NCBI GenBank assembly: GCA_004431415.1 | Contig: QPMI01000089.1 | Span: forward strand, 248,001 to 312,000 | Direction: 5' to 3' | Source of the DNA: Cyanophora paradoxa CCMP329 | Taxonomy: Eukaryota; Plantae; Glaucophyta | DNA: 64,000 nt | Shown: piece after piece, positions 1 to 10,853 of the stretch | How positions within the stretch are numbered: the first letter of the stretch is position 1 | Layout of the letters: each line of letters starts with the position of its first letter | The notes under the pieces: model-generated | The model's database searches: none | Seen by the model: only the letters and a program-made list of their open reading frames with translations | What the model was told of the DNA's origin: nothing | Position numbers and translations under genes: made by a program

Positions 1-888
1 AGGGAGGGATATGGGGGGGGGAGGGTGGAGGGGGAGGGGGGGGGCGGTCGCGCGCCTTGAAAATTCGGATGCAGCTGAAAAAATGGCGACACCCGCGATC
101 TCCTGTCGGTGGTAACGGGCGTGGGTTAGCGACGGCTTCCCGGGTCCGCGGCAGGGAACTTCCCCATGCACCTGCATGCGGATCGTGTAGTCAACGGCTG
201 TGCTGAGGTCATAGAAGAGCGATTGATCCAGCTCCCTCGCCACCGGCTGTATATATACGCATGAGGGATCACGTATGCCGGAGGGACTTGTTTGTGCCTC
301 ACCCCGAGGGACTTGCTCATACCTCCCGCCCAGGTGAGGTACTCGCCATACTTGAAGAAGCTGGGACAGGGGAAAGTGGGGGGGGGGGGGGGGGGGGGGG
401 GGGGGGTAATTATAATTAGTAATTAGGGGGTGTGCGCTTATAAGGGAATACGCGTAGCGCACAGGGCGATGATGAGTGCCAGGGTGGTCGCGTCGAAGGC
501 GTTGGACCAGGTCCTTTTGGGGGCATAAGACGAAAACAGCATTAAACATTTCAGTAGTAGGGGTAGAGATTTCAGTAGAGAGCGATCGCGACGCACGCGA
601 AGTAGGGGATAATGCCCTCGCGCCACATCTGCTTCACCTCAATGAAGACGTAGACTGTGGAGACGTTGACGTCAGATCTAGAATGGTGAGCGCACAGAGG
701 TGGGCGGGCGCACTGCTGGAGAAGATAATGAACACGATGCCTGAGAAGATAATGAACACGATAATCAATAGCGAATTCGAGGATAGTCAACGTAAGACGC
801 GGCGTAAGCTTAAGAATGGCTCACCGAGACCAAGGACCACGCTAGAATGGCCGCCGGCGTCGATCTTGCGTGCGCTGAGTGAATCAAC

Positions 889-919
<31 letters not shown>

Positions 920-2908
920 GGACCTGGACGGAGTTGGCGCGGGCGGAGTTGAAGGCCTGGCCCATCGCCTGGAACTCGGAGAGCAGCTCCACCACCAGGT
1001 ACGTCCCTGCCTCCCGTCAGCGAGGCGGGGGCGGTGGAGGGATGGCGCGCCGGCGGAAGGGGCGGCGGGGCGGGGGCGCGGGCGCGGGCACCGGTGTGGC
1101 GGTTGTAGAGGTTGAAGGTCGCCGTGACCGCCCGCGTCAGCTCGTCGTGCCACTGCGCCCCCCCGGCTTCGTGTTCAGCCGCCCGGCCGGCGACGGGCGC
1201 GCTTCCGGGCCCACGCATTGCCCAGGAGCAGCTCCCCGCCCCCGCCGTCCCCTGGCGCGGGCGCGGGCACGGGGGCGGCACCTTGTTGTCGATGAGGGCC
1301 TGCACCGCACCAACCGCCTCCGCCTCCGGCACCGGCACGTCCACCACGTACCCCCCGCGCCCGTAGGACCAGCTGTACCCCCCGTCCCGCAGGAAGGCCG
1401 CCGAGGGCCGCAGCTCGGGGAGCCCCTCCCGCCACGTCCACGTCACGTTCTCGTTCCCGTACGCGCTCCGGTCCTCCCCCGCGTCCTGCCGGGTACCCGA
1501 TTCCTCGTCAGGGGATGGGGGTACGTGTGCCGGACGCGCGGGCGCGCCTTGAACTGGCCGGAGCAGCGCGTGGTGGGGTCCTGCGTCCACGTGCAGGGGC
1601 GGGGCATTCCCCGGACCTTCGGGGGGGCGGGGGGGGGGGGGGGGGGGGGGTAAGCAAACCTTGGAGAAACCTTTTCGGGGCCCGCGGGGGGGGGGGGGGG
1701 TACCTGGCGTAGGCGGAGGGCGCCGAGGCGGGTGAAGAACATGGCGACGTCGGGGTTGCTGTCCGGGTCGATGAGGGGGATCAGCGTCCCCTGCACGTAC
1801 GCATAGAAGTCGCCTGCCGCGCCCCCCTCCCCCGTGAGCCGCGCGACGCGGAGCAGCCGGCGGCGGGGCGGGGCGGGGCGGGGCGGGGCGGGGCGGGGCG
1901 GGCTGACTCATGGTGTTGATGGCGGCGTAGGCGGAGTTGTCGGCGCCCCTCGCCACGAAGTTGAGGAAGGCCCCCGAGTCCAGCTGCGCGGCGCGGCGGC
2001 GTCGCTTCGGGAGGGAGGTTGGAGGGCGGGCCGGCGGCGGGGGCGCACGAAGGACCCGACTTGGGACGGGGCGTACTGGATCGGGATCTGGGGGGGCGTG
2101 AGGGGTGGCGGGCGCGGGGCGCCGGGAGTGGGGGAAGGCGTGTGCGAAGTCGAAAAGACTCGACGCACGACATTGACGACCACTGCGCGCAGAAGGCGTC
2201 AGCTCGGGGAGGCAGGGGCAGGGCGGGGCGGCCGGGCGGCCGGGCGGGGGCGGGGGCGCGGTGGCGGGCGCACGATAAAAGAAGATGGCGGTGAACGCGA
2301 TGTAGATCAGCAGCTCTGCGGTCAGGTCAGGCGGGGCGCGAGGGGCGGCAGCCGTGCGGCGGCTGCCCGCTGGGGGTCACCGACTGCGCGCGAGGAGCTG
2401 GTCAGGGGCTGAGGGGCGCTGGGGCGGGGGGCGCGCGAAGCGCACGGTAAAGCTGTGTCTGGCGAAGGTACGACTTGTTCACGCTGCGCGGCGGTTAGCT
2501 ACGCCGCGACGGCCACGCTCGACGTCTGCAGACCGGATGAAGATCTCGGCGCGGCGGACCTGCCGCGAGGGTGAGCCGGAGCGAGCGGCGGAAACCCGAG
2601 ATCGGACGCACGTTGAGCTTGATGTTCCCGTAGCGCTTTTTGATGAGGTTCGCGAGGTTCTGGTGCTCCTCGAGCGCTTCTTTCCGCTCCTCTTGTCCGT
2701 TTGCAAAGCGCAGTGTATCTAAGAAGCGACGCCTAGTCTCAGCTGCAGAGCCATCCGCAGCTTTCAATTGCAAGTTTTTGGCGCTCGCGATCGGCGGCTT
2801 CCCCGGCGAGCTTGCCGGGCCTCGCTCGGCTGCCGGGCCCTCGGGCACTGCCAGCGCGACCCGGCTCTTAGGTCCGCTGGCCGGCTTCTCGGGGCCGACT
2901 CGGTTCAT
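1..2908 (-). CDS. Polycystin-2 (PKD2/TRPP)-like cation channel, multi-exon, 3' part beyond left edge
   Basis: Spliced exons give TM1 (ELLIYIAFTAIFFY), the polycystin-domain motif LGALRLRQ|VR, YGRGGYVVDV, WHDELTRAVTATFNLYN, S2-S3 (IYVFIEVKQMWREGIIPYFA|TWSNAFD) and an S4-like EIAGVAIFFSCIRIFK. Introns are GT-AG, plus a GC donor at 55. Start ATG assumed at 2908. Confidence 0.85.
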
Positions 2909-4482
2909 CTCCCGGCCCCTTAGCTATAGCTAGCGCGCTGCCGGCCGAACTTCAAACGCGCCCGGCCGCCCGTCGTCCCTCGCGATCGCCGCCTTAAGCT
3001 TGAATCGCCAGCTGACCAGCTGACCGTCGCGACAGATCGATCGATCCGCGCGCTTGGACTGATCGGACGAGTCGAACGGGACTAGTACTCGGACTAGCCT
3101 AGTAGTACTCGCCGAGTCGGACGGACTCGGACCGGAATTCGAAGGGTCGCTCGGGCCCGGGGATTCTGAGCGAGCCGGCGCGGCTTATAATTAAGGCCGG
3201 GCGGGAGCTGCTGCAGCGCTGCTGCCAGCCTGACTGGCCCTGACAGCCTGTGGCAGGCTGCAGCGCCGCGCGCGGTTGCCGCAGTGCTGGCCGGAGCTGA
3301 ACGAAGCGTTCCGGCGGGTACAGGCAATGAACGTTGAACGTTAACAATGGCTCAGAGCGCTTGCGTCACCCACGTCAACTTGAAGCGCATGATTGCGAAT
3401 CCCGTGCGTTGCTTTGGATCTTTTTTCTGTGGAGTAGAACGTTAACCTGCTGCTTTATAATTAATTTAAAGCTCAATCGTGTTCGTAAAAAAAGATTATA
3501 TTGCTGATTTCAAGCATCTGGCCATGGCCATGCGGCCGGGGGTCTAAATTAAATGAAAACAGATCATGAGATATCCACCCAGGTGGACGACCTGGGGGTA
3601 CACCGTACATGTATAGTACTCTTGAGGCGGCTAGGGGCTCTCCAGAGCCCGCGGCCTCAAATAACACTCTTAATTAAGCTTATTTTTTTTTTTTTGGTAA
3701 ATTACCGGCCACAGTCTCTAGACACCAGTTAAGCTTAACATCATGATAAGATCTTTATATGAGTTATTGTTCTGCATATGCATAGAGCGCTTGGAAAGCC
3801 TTTAAGGCGAAACACGCGAGTTTAGGGGTCGTGATGTCACCATCATGATGAGCCGCTGAGCGTGATAGGGGGGGGTCGACGTCCCGTATCACATCATTTT
3901 GATGTGATATCACATCATTACCATCACTGCATCAGGGGCGCCCGGGCCGGCGCCGGCAGTGATACTATATATATATGATATCGATATCGATGGCATTATT
4001 TCACAGCTCGCGAAAAAAAAGGCGTCCTCACAAAGCTAGAGACTCGAGAAATCAAAAGCCACGGCCATTTTCGACCAACGACGTGGACGGTCGTTGAGCC
4101 CATCGATATCTTTTGCATGCCAGATCTAGACTCTGAGACTCTGAGATATGGTGCACAGCATCATTACCGGCCCTGGCTTCTCCCCCCCCCCCTGCCATAC
4201 AAATTTGCAGCGCTAGCGCTAGCTATATATAGCTGTACATGTGTTTCTAGATCTGGAAACATATTCCTGGAATTCGAGGGCATATATATTAATATTGCCC
4301 CGGGCCCCCACCGGGCCCCACGTGCACGTGCACGGTGTTCACGTGCACTGCCAACTCGGCCCCCCGGCCCGCCGCGCCCGATGGCCATGGGACGGACAGG
4401 CCTAGGACCGGTACCGGTACGTATATACCTGGTCAGATCCGATATCGATGATCTGGCGCCTACGCCGCCTAGGCGCCACCCA

Positions 4483-6268
4483 AGCGACCGCGCGCATCGT
4501 AGCTGCATGGCTCTAGCGTCTTGTCCCGTGACGCGGCGTTCGCAGGAAGCGGCAGCGCGCCACGCCGAGGCGCATGCCGGCTCGCGCGATCGCTTCCCGA
4601 CTCGCTGGCGCTGGCGCGGCGGCACTACGAGCGAATCGCCTCGCGCCCGTCGGTGCTCGCGATTCGACTCCTCGGATACGTCCTGCGCAAGGTCGCCCCG
4701 CTCCTCTACCGCCTTTCTAACGCGTCGAATTCGGCGCCGCGCTCACCAGCGTTCGAATTCAGGTCTGGCGGCTCCTTTTCAAGCAGAGCGGCGTGTCGGT
4801 GAACCTCCCATCTTTGCGCGCGGTCGTCGAGGCTGCGCGGGAACGGCCGGGCGTGCCGCTGGTCCTCGTACCCTGCCATCGCTCGCACGCCGACTACCTC
4901 CTCCTTTCCTTCGTTCTCTTCCAGTACGGCATCACCGTACCCCTCATCGCCGCCGGCGACAACCTCGCGGCGAGCCCCTACCCCCTCCTCCCTCTCCCCC
5001 TCCGCCGCTGACGCGCGCGTAGGTGCCGCCCTTTGGAGCGCTGTTCCGTCGAACCGGCGCATTCTTCGTGCGGCGGGCGGCGGCCGCAGCCGCGGTCGAA
5101 GCGCAGGCGCAGGCGCCGGGCCCGCTTCAGGCCGAGCGCGCCCTCTACAACGCCGTTCTGGCCGCCTACGTACGCGGCGCGGCCGCCCGGGGGGCTACCC
5201 TTGAGTTCTTCATCGAGGGGGGAAGGAGCCGCCTCGGGTCCATGCTACCCCCCAAGCTCGGCCTGCTTTCCGCCCTTATGGACGCGGCACTGGGCCCCGC
5301 CTCTCCGGCCGGGGTACCCAGGCCCAGGCCCTCCCCCTCTTCCTCCCCCCCCGCTTCGTTCTCCCGCCCCGCCGGCTCGCCCCTCTCCTCCCGGCCCCCC
5401 TCCTCGGGCTCCGGCCTCTCCGACATGGGGGGCCCCTCCGCCCCCTCCGCCCCCTCCGCCGACCCCCTGGCCGCCCCGGACCTGCTCCCGTACCCGTCTC
5501 CCTTCAGTACGAGCGCTGCCCCGAGGCCGCCAGCTACGCCCTGGAGCGCTTGGGCCGTCCCAAGGTCCCCGAGTCCCTCCGCGCCTTTCTGTCTGCCGCC
5601 TGGTCCCTCCTCCGCTCCCCTGGCTTCGGCGGCGCCCACGTTCGCTTCGGCGAGCCTTCACGCTCAGCGACTACGCCGCCGCCCGCGCCGGCGGCGGTGT
5701 CGGCCCCTGCGGTCCGTGCCCGGACGGCCCGCCCTCCCCCCCCGCATCCCCGGCCGTACCCCCCCGCCTCGGCGCCCGCTCGTACCCCTCCTTCTCGGCG
5801 CTGGCGGCGGCGGGGGTACCGGGCGTGCCGGCCGCGGGGCCGGACGCGCGGCGCGCCCTCGTCCGCGATCTCGCGTTCGACCTCACCGACCGCATCGGAC
5901 GGTACCCCCCTCTTCTTCTTCCCCCCCCCCTTTCCCGCTAAAATGTAGCGCCCCGGCCGCACGCAGGAACACGCCCCTGGTGCCTGCCTCGCTGCTGGCC
6001 CTGCTCCTCCTGTGCCCGCGGGAGGGCCCCGCCCCGCCCCCCGCCCCGACGCCGGCCCTCCTTCCTCTTCACCTTCGTTGGCTCGCGGCCGAGCTCGCCG
6101 CCTGCGGCGCGCCCCTCTCGGGCCCGCTCTCGCGGGCGCTGCGGAGCCCGGACGAGGCCGAACGCGTCGCTTCCTACACCCTCGCCCTCCACTCCGATCT
6201 CCTGGAGGGACCTCTCGAAGACGACGCGTCAGCGCCGCTGCGCCCCGCCCGCTCCCCGGCTGCCCGCC
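4483..6268 (+). pseudogene. Partial, intron-retaining duplicate of the GPAT/DHAPAT gene at 48306-51091
   Basis: Near-identical to 48598-50404 and starts inside source intron 1. It has an 8-nt frameshifting insertion (4586-4593) and 1-nt deletions near 5489 and 5656, and lacks exon 1 and the C-terminus. Confidence 0.9.
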
Positions 6269-6481
6269 CCGATGCGCGCGTGCCGCTTCTCCTCCGTGCC
6301 GGCGATCTTCAAGGGCGACAAGCCGGGGCCCCTGACGAACACCGTCGAGGCGACGACCACCGAGGAGCACGAGCACGAGGTCCGCCCCTTTAACTTCGAA
6401 TTCCCAAAGAGAATCTTCTTATATTGATCGATCTTGAACGCCTCGCAGAACATTCACGTCGGCATCATCGAGCACCTCTGA
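6269..6481 (+). pseudogene. Orphan terminal exons of an unidentified gene fused to the GPAT duplicate
   Basis: Reads PMRACRFSSVPAIFKGDKPGPLTNTVEATTTEEHEHE | GT-AG intron 6380-6448 | NIHVGIIEHL-stop, followed by AT-rich 3'UTR-like DNA. It is out of frame with GPAT. Confidence 0.55.
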
Positions 6482-6914
6482 GCGGGCTCGAGCTCGAGGC
6501 GGGCCCATTTCCTCTGTATTTAATTTCTTTAATTTGTATGTATCCACAGTTAGTTTTGCACGCAACGACGTCGCGCGATGCGTTGATCTTTCCAGGGTAG
6601 CGAATTTGGCCATGGGTAGCTTCTCCGTTTCTGAAAGGTTTTGACGGGGTGTACTTAGGCTTTCGCCGTATGTGTATTTTATATTTTTGTAATTATAGCT
6701 AGATTGAATGTGAACTTGGATCAATATATGATTGTCTAGATCTGATCATGACGCCGTGCGTGTGATCATGATCATGATATCGATGTTGATGCGGGCCCGG
6801 GGGTCATCCAGCGCTAGCCGCGGTGCCAATGTAAGCGCCGGCGTTGGCCTGCAATATTGTGACCTTCGAAATCATGAGCAAATGCACTTCATGATCACAT
6901 CATTGCAGAGCTAA

Positions 6915-8307
6915 TTGCAAGGGGGGAAAGAAGACCTTCGGTCTTCTTTCCCCCCTTGCTTCCCGTTCCCTCGCTTCAGCCAAAATTTTTCTATGAGGCC
7001 GTTTTCGAGGTCCAGTTTGCAACACCTGAAAAAAATGTTGCTTTATTCGCGATCCGATTGGCTCGGTGACCGGTCAGCTTTCGACTTTCGAGCGTCAAAG
7101 TCGAGGGGAAAATTAAAAGTGGTTTTCGAGGGGAAAACTAACTTCTCTCTAACTCCGGTCTTCGAATTCCTTGCGCGGTTCTGCATGGAACCAGTTCTCC
7201 CTAGCTGTCTCCTCTAGATTTCGGCTTCCTCGCAGTGCGTCGCGTATACGCCTTAAGCTTGCTCTTCGTTGCGCGGTTCTGCATGGAACCACTTCTCTCT
7301 AGCTGTCAGTGCGCCGCTGCCGCCGGTGCACTCTCTCCACTTCTCTCTCTCCACTTCCTCGCAGCTGCAGTGCGCCGCGTACGTCGCGCGGTACCCGTGC
7401 CGCCTGGACTACTTTTCACTGCATCAAGCTTGCACCGGTACCGCAGTACTGCGTACCGCGCTGCCCGCAGCCGAGCACGCCAGCCGGGCCGCGCCCTCTT
7501 GTTGCGCTCGGCATTCCGCTATAGCTAGCGCTGGTCGGCTTCTTGGACTGGCCGCGGTGCTTGCTTCGGCAGATCTCTTGCTGCGTTCAGTACGTCTCCG
7601 AAATCGAGTTTATACCGCAGATCCGCGAGCGCCGCTGCCCGCGGCCGCAGCCGAGCACGTTGACCCGGCCCGGCGCTTTTGTTGCGCTCGCGGTCGGCAC
7701 ATCGAAATTCAAGACCTTGTCTACCAGATGCGCGCGCGGCGGGAGCGAGCAGCGCGCTAGCCGCGTGGCTCTGCGGGCGCTCGAGGCGGCGGGCCGCCTC
7801 ACCATGCTCTCGCAAGACGGCTCTCTTCAGGACCGCGGCCGGCGCCGCTGGCTGCCGCTCACCCCCATGGTCGACTTCCGCCCCGACCCCCTCCAGAAGG
7901 ACTGGATCGCCTATGTTTACGGCGAGGCTGGGCGAGCCCTCTGCAGACAGCACCATCATCTTTTAGCCAGCTGTTCAGGGTTAGCGGTAGGCCGTGCGAA
8001 CACAGTTGATGCGCAGCGTTTTTTGGCTCCAGAACAATCTTTCATATACAGTGCACTGAATCTGCCTTTCATTGAGGCTTTTCTTTATTCGGTTTGATCG
8101 CAGCGCCTGCTTATCGGGCCTTTTCTATTTTTTTCAATCATATATAATCTAGATCTGTGTCTATCTTTACACTTCAACCTGCTGCGCGCGCTGGGCCGGG
8201 GTCGATCTAGATCTGCCCCGTGCATGTGCGTCCCACTACGACTCTTTCATTAGATCCCGGTTCCCCCCTTGCACCCCCGGCGCGAGAATCGCGGCCGGGC
8301 CACTAGT
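6915..8307 (+). mobile_element. Non-autonomous Helitron2-type (HLE2) element, copy 1
   Basis: Perfect 20-bp-stem 5' hairpin (6917-6959). A 13-bp asymmetric TIR TGCAAGGGGGGAA (6916-6928) is matched at 8261-8273, followed by a GC hairpin (8276-8299) and a CTAGT end. Homologous along most of its length, including both ends, to the inverted copy at 38002-45071. Confidence 0.85.
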
Positions 8308-9342
8308 ATCGAAGCTAGAAAACGTGGACGCAAGCGGGGCCAACAATATAATAGAAGAGGAGGCTGAAAACTGGACGGAGAACACAAATAGAAGCGGGAG
8401 GTGGAAGAGGGGGAAGAGGAGGTGGAGAACTTAATTAAGCTTGGAACACAAATAGAAGCGCAGCGTTAGATCTAAGCGCTGTCTTTGTAACTTCAGACCC
8501 CGCTTTGCAAATCCTGAGACCAGCAGGGCGCGCGGCGAGTCGTAGTTACCGACGAAGTATCGATCTAAACTAATTGGGGAAGGACCTTCCCCTTTCCCCA
8601 CTTGGGGGTGTTCGGGTGCCCACCGGACCCTAGGCCAAAACGAATTCGAAATGTCCCGACCTTTCAAAACCCGGGTTTTCTCGCCGGATCCTGGCAAGGC
8701 ATGACCCTAGGAGACCGGAAACGTGTCCCGGGAGATCCGGGTCTTCTTGGGTGGACCAGGAATGAGCAATAACACATGTTTGAAAAATGCGATCTAGCGC
8801 CTCACCAAGTGGCGGTATATCTACCGGACCAAGTGCGCCTGAATGGGCTTGATAAGCCCGACGATTCATGTCACACATGCTGAGACCGGAGGGGCACATG
8901 GTGGCCCGTTAGGCCGCCTCAAGTACCTGTTGTACCGGGCGCCGAAAAAAAGCGCTCCTGCGAGGCCAATGCCGATATCGTGATGCAGTACCCAAACTCC
9001 CCCCCTCCCCCCCCCCCCCCACCCCCCCGGGCCCCCCCGAAACTTCGTTCCGGCATGGCGCTTCAACCTGGGCGGCAGCGTGGAGCAAAGGAGCTCCATC
9101 CATGTACATCCATGCGCGAAGCAATGTGGACACAGCCGGGGCTGCGCTCCTGTCGGCCGATGTGTGCGATGCGGAGCAAGGGTTGCATGGGCATGACTCA
9201 TGCTTTCCACCCTCAGCTGCAGTCTTGCACCCGCATGCAATCGACCGGGTCGAGCTCGAGCCGCTAGCAAGCATCACATCACTGAGCCACCTGCAAGACC
9301 GCGGCCTCCGCCTCCACCCGCGCCCCCGTCGCGATCGGCGCG

Positions 9343-9525
9343 GGGCGGAGGCGCGGCGGGCGGCGGCACGGCTCGCCGGGCGGGCGGAGGCGCGGCGGGC
9401 GGCGGCGTCGCTCGGCGGGCGGGCGGAGGCGCGGCGGGCGGAGGCTCGGAGGCGCGGCGGGCGGCGGCGCGGCTCGCCGGGCGGGGCGGAGGCGCGGCGG
9501 GCGGCGGCGCGGCTCGCCAGGCGGG
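9343..9525. repeat. GC-rich minisatellite, about 39-bp unit, 4-5 copies
   Basis: Unit GGGCGGAGGCGCGGCGGGCGGCGGCGCGGCTCGCCGGGC repeated with variants. Confidence 0.8.
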
Positions 9526-9889
9526 GCGGACCCGGGAGGCACGTCTACGCCTAGCGAGCATTAGCTGCAGTCTGCAGGTGCTGTCTTTAATTTGTTGAAT
9601 TAGACCACACGGCCACCTTGCACATCCCGAGACGCCCTGACGAGCACTGGGCGGGGGCGAGTCGAAAACCTAGAACTTAGTATTCTAACTGATAACCTAA
9701 CGGATAACTTAGAAAACTCTTCCGGTCCCAAGAGCTCGCCAAGTCGATCGTGAGCATGCGCAGGCGTTCGCGTATATTACGTACGTAGCCTAGTAGCTCA
9801 TGACATGATCATCGGATCGATATCATGATCAGCGGCTGCAGGCTCTAGAGAAAGATCGCAGATCGCATGATCATGATTATGAGTAGCAG

Positions 9890-10310
9890 ATCGCAGAGGC
9901 GGCGCCGCCGCTGCACGAGGAGGCTGAGGACGGGCCGCCGCCGCATGACTCGGCGAGGAGCCTGACGCGACGTTGCCTGTGCGCCCGGCAGCTCGCGCTG
10001 CCCCCCCCTGCCCCGCCCGGCGGCCCCGTCCCGCCCGGCCTCGACCGACGCCTCGAGCTCCCGCCTCCCTCTCGCTGACCGCGTCCTCGCCGCAGAGTCG
10101 GGCGTCTGCTGGCGGCGAGGGCGGCGCGGGCGGCGGCGATGAGGACGGGGCGCCGCCGCAGGAGGAGGCCGACGCGACGCTGCGGGTGCGCCCGGCCGCG
10201 GGCAGCTCGCCCTGCCCACCCCCGCCCGCTCCCGGCGCGATTCCTAGGCCCGCCCGGCCCCCCGCGCTGTGCACTGCGCGCGTCCCTCGATCGCGAGCTC
10301 CCTCAGGCTC
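9890..10310 (+). pseudogene. Degenerate gene fragment with two related exons
   Basis: Two acidic exon-like pieces (EDGPPP..EEPDATLP and DEDGAPPQEEADATLR), each followed by a GTGCGCCCGG donor. No intact gene could be built. Confidence 0.3.
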
Positions 10311-10559
10311 AGGCCTAGCTAATTATAATTATAAGGGCTCATCGCCCGCGGCCGCCGCCTTGTCGACGTTCTTCCAAGATGCTGCCAGCTCCAAACGTGT
10401 TACGAGAAAAAGAATACTAGTACTTCGATTTGCTTCATGAAAAGCCTTGAAGGACTACAGCGAAGAAAAGAATTAAATCTTCCTTCGAATTCTAATTTAA
10501 AAGAAATGAGCCGCTGAGCAATCTTCCTAGCTTCTAATTTAAAAGAAATGTGCTATTCA

Positions 10560-10804
10560 CGATCGTGTGCGCACGATCCATCACACATACAAATGCGCTC
10601 TGTGCATACAAATGCACGCTGCAGCTGTGCATTGCAAAATCGCTAAAAGAACATCTTCGCAGGCCGATGAGATAAAGATGCGATCGTGTGCGCACGATCC
10701 ATCACACATACAAATGCACTCTGTGCATACAAATGCACACTGCAGCTGTGCAGTGCAAAATCGCTAAAAGAACATCTTCGCAGGCCGATGAGATAAAGAT
10801 GCGA
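10560..10804. repeat. 121-bp tandem duplication
   Basis: CGATCGTGTGCGCACGATCC... starts at 10560 and again at 10681, with few substitutions. Confidence 0.9.
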
Positions 10805-10853
10805 CCCTGCCCTTGCCTGCCCTCTAACAAAAAAACAAATGCATGGCTCAAGC

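Noticed and set aside
888-923. 36-nt intron made almost only of poly(C), and other long G/C runs as G-quadruplex elements
   Set aside because: There is no branch-point A in this intron as assembled. The runs are more likely collapsed or mis-called low-complexity sequence.
9630-9690. Hammerhead ribozyme (CTGACGA...CGAAA)
   Set aside because: Stem II is poor, and no complementary strands for stems I and III could be found.
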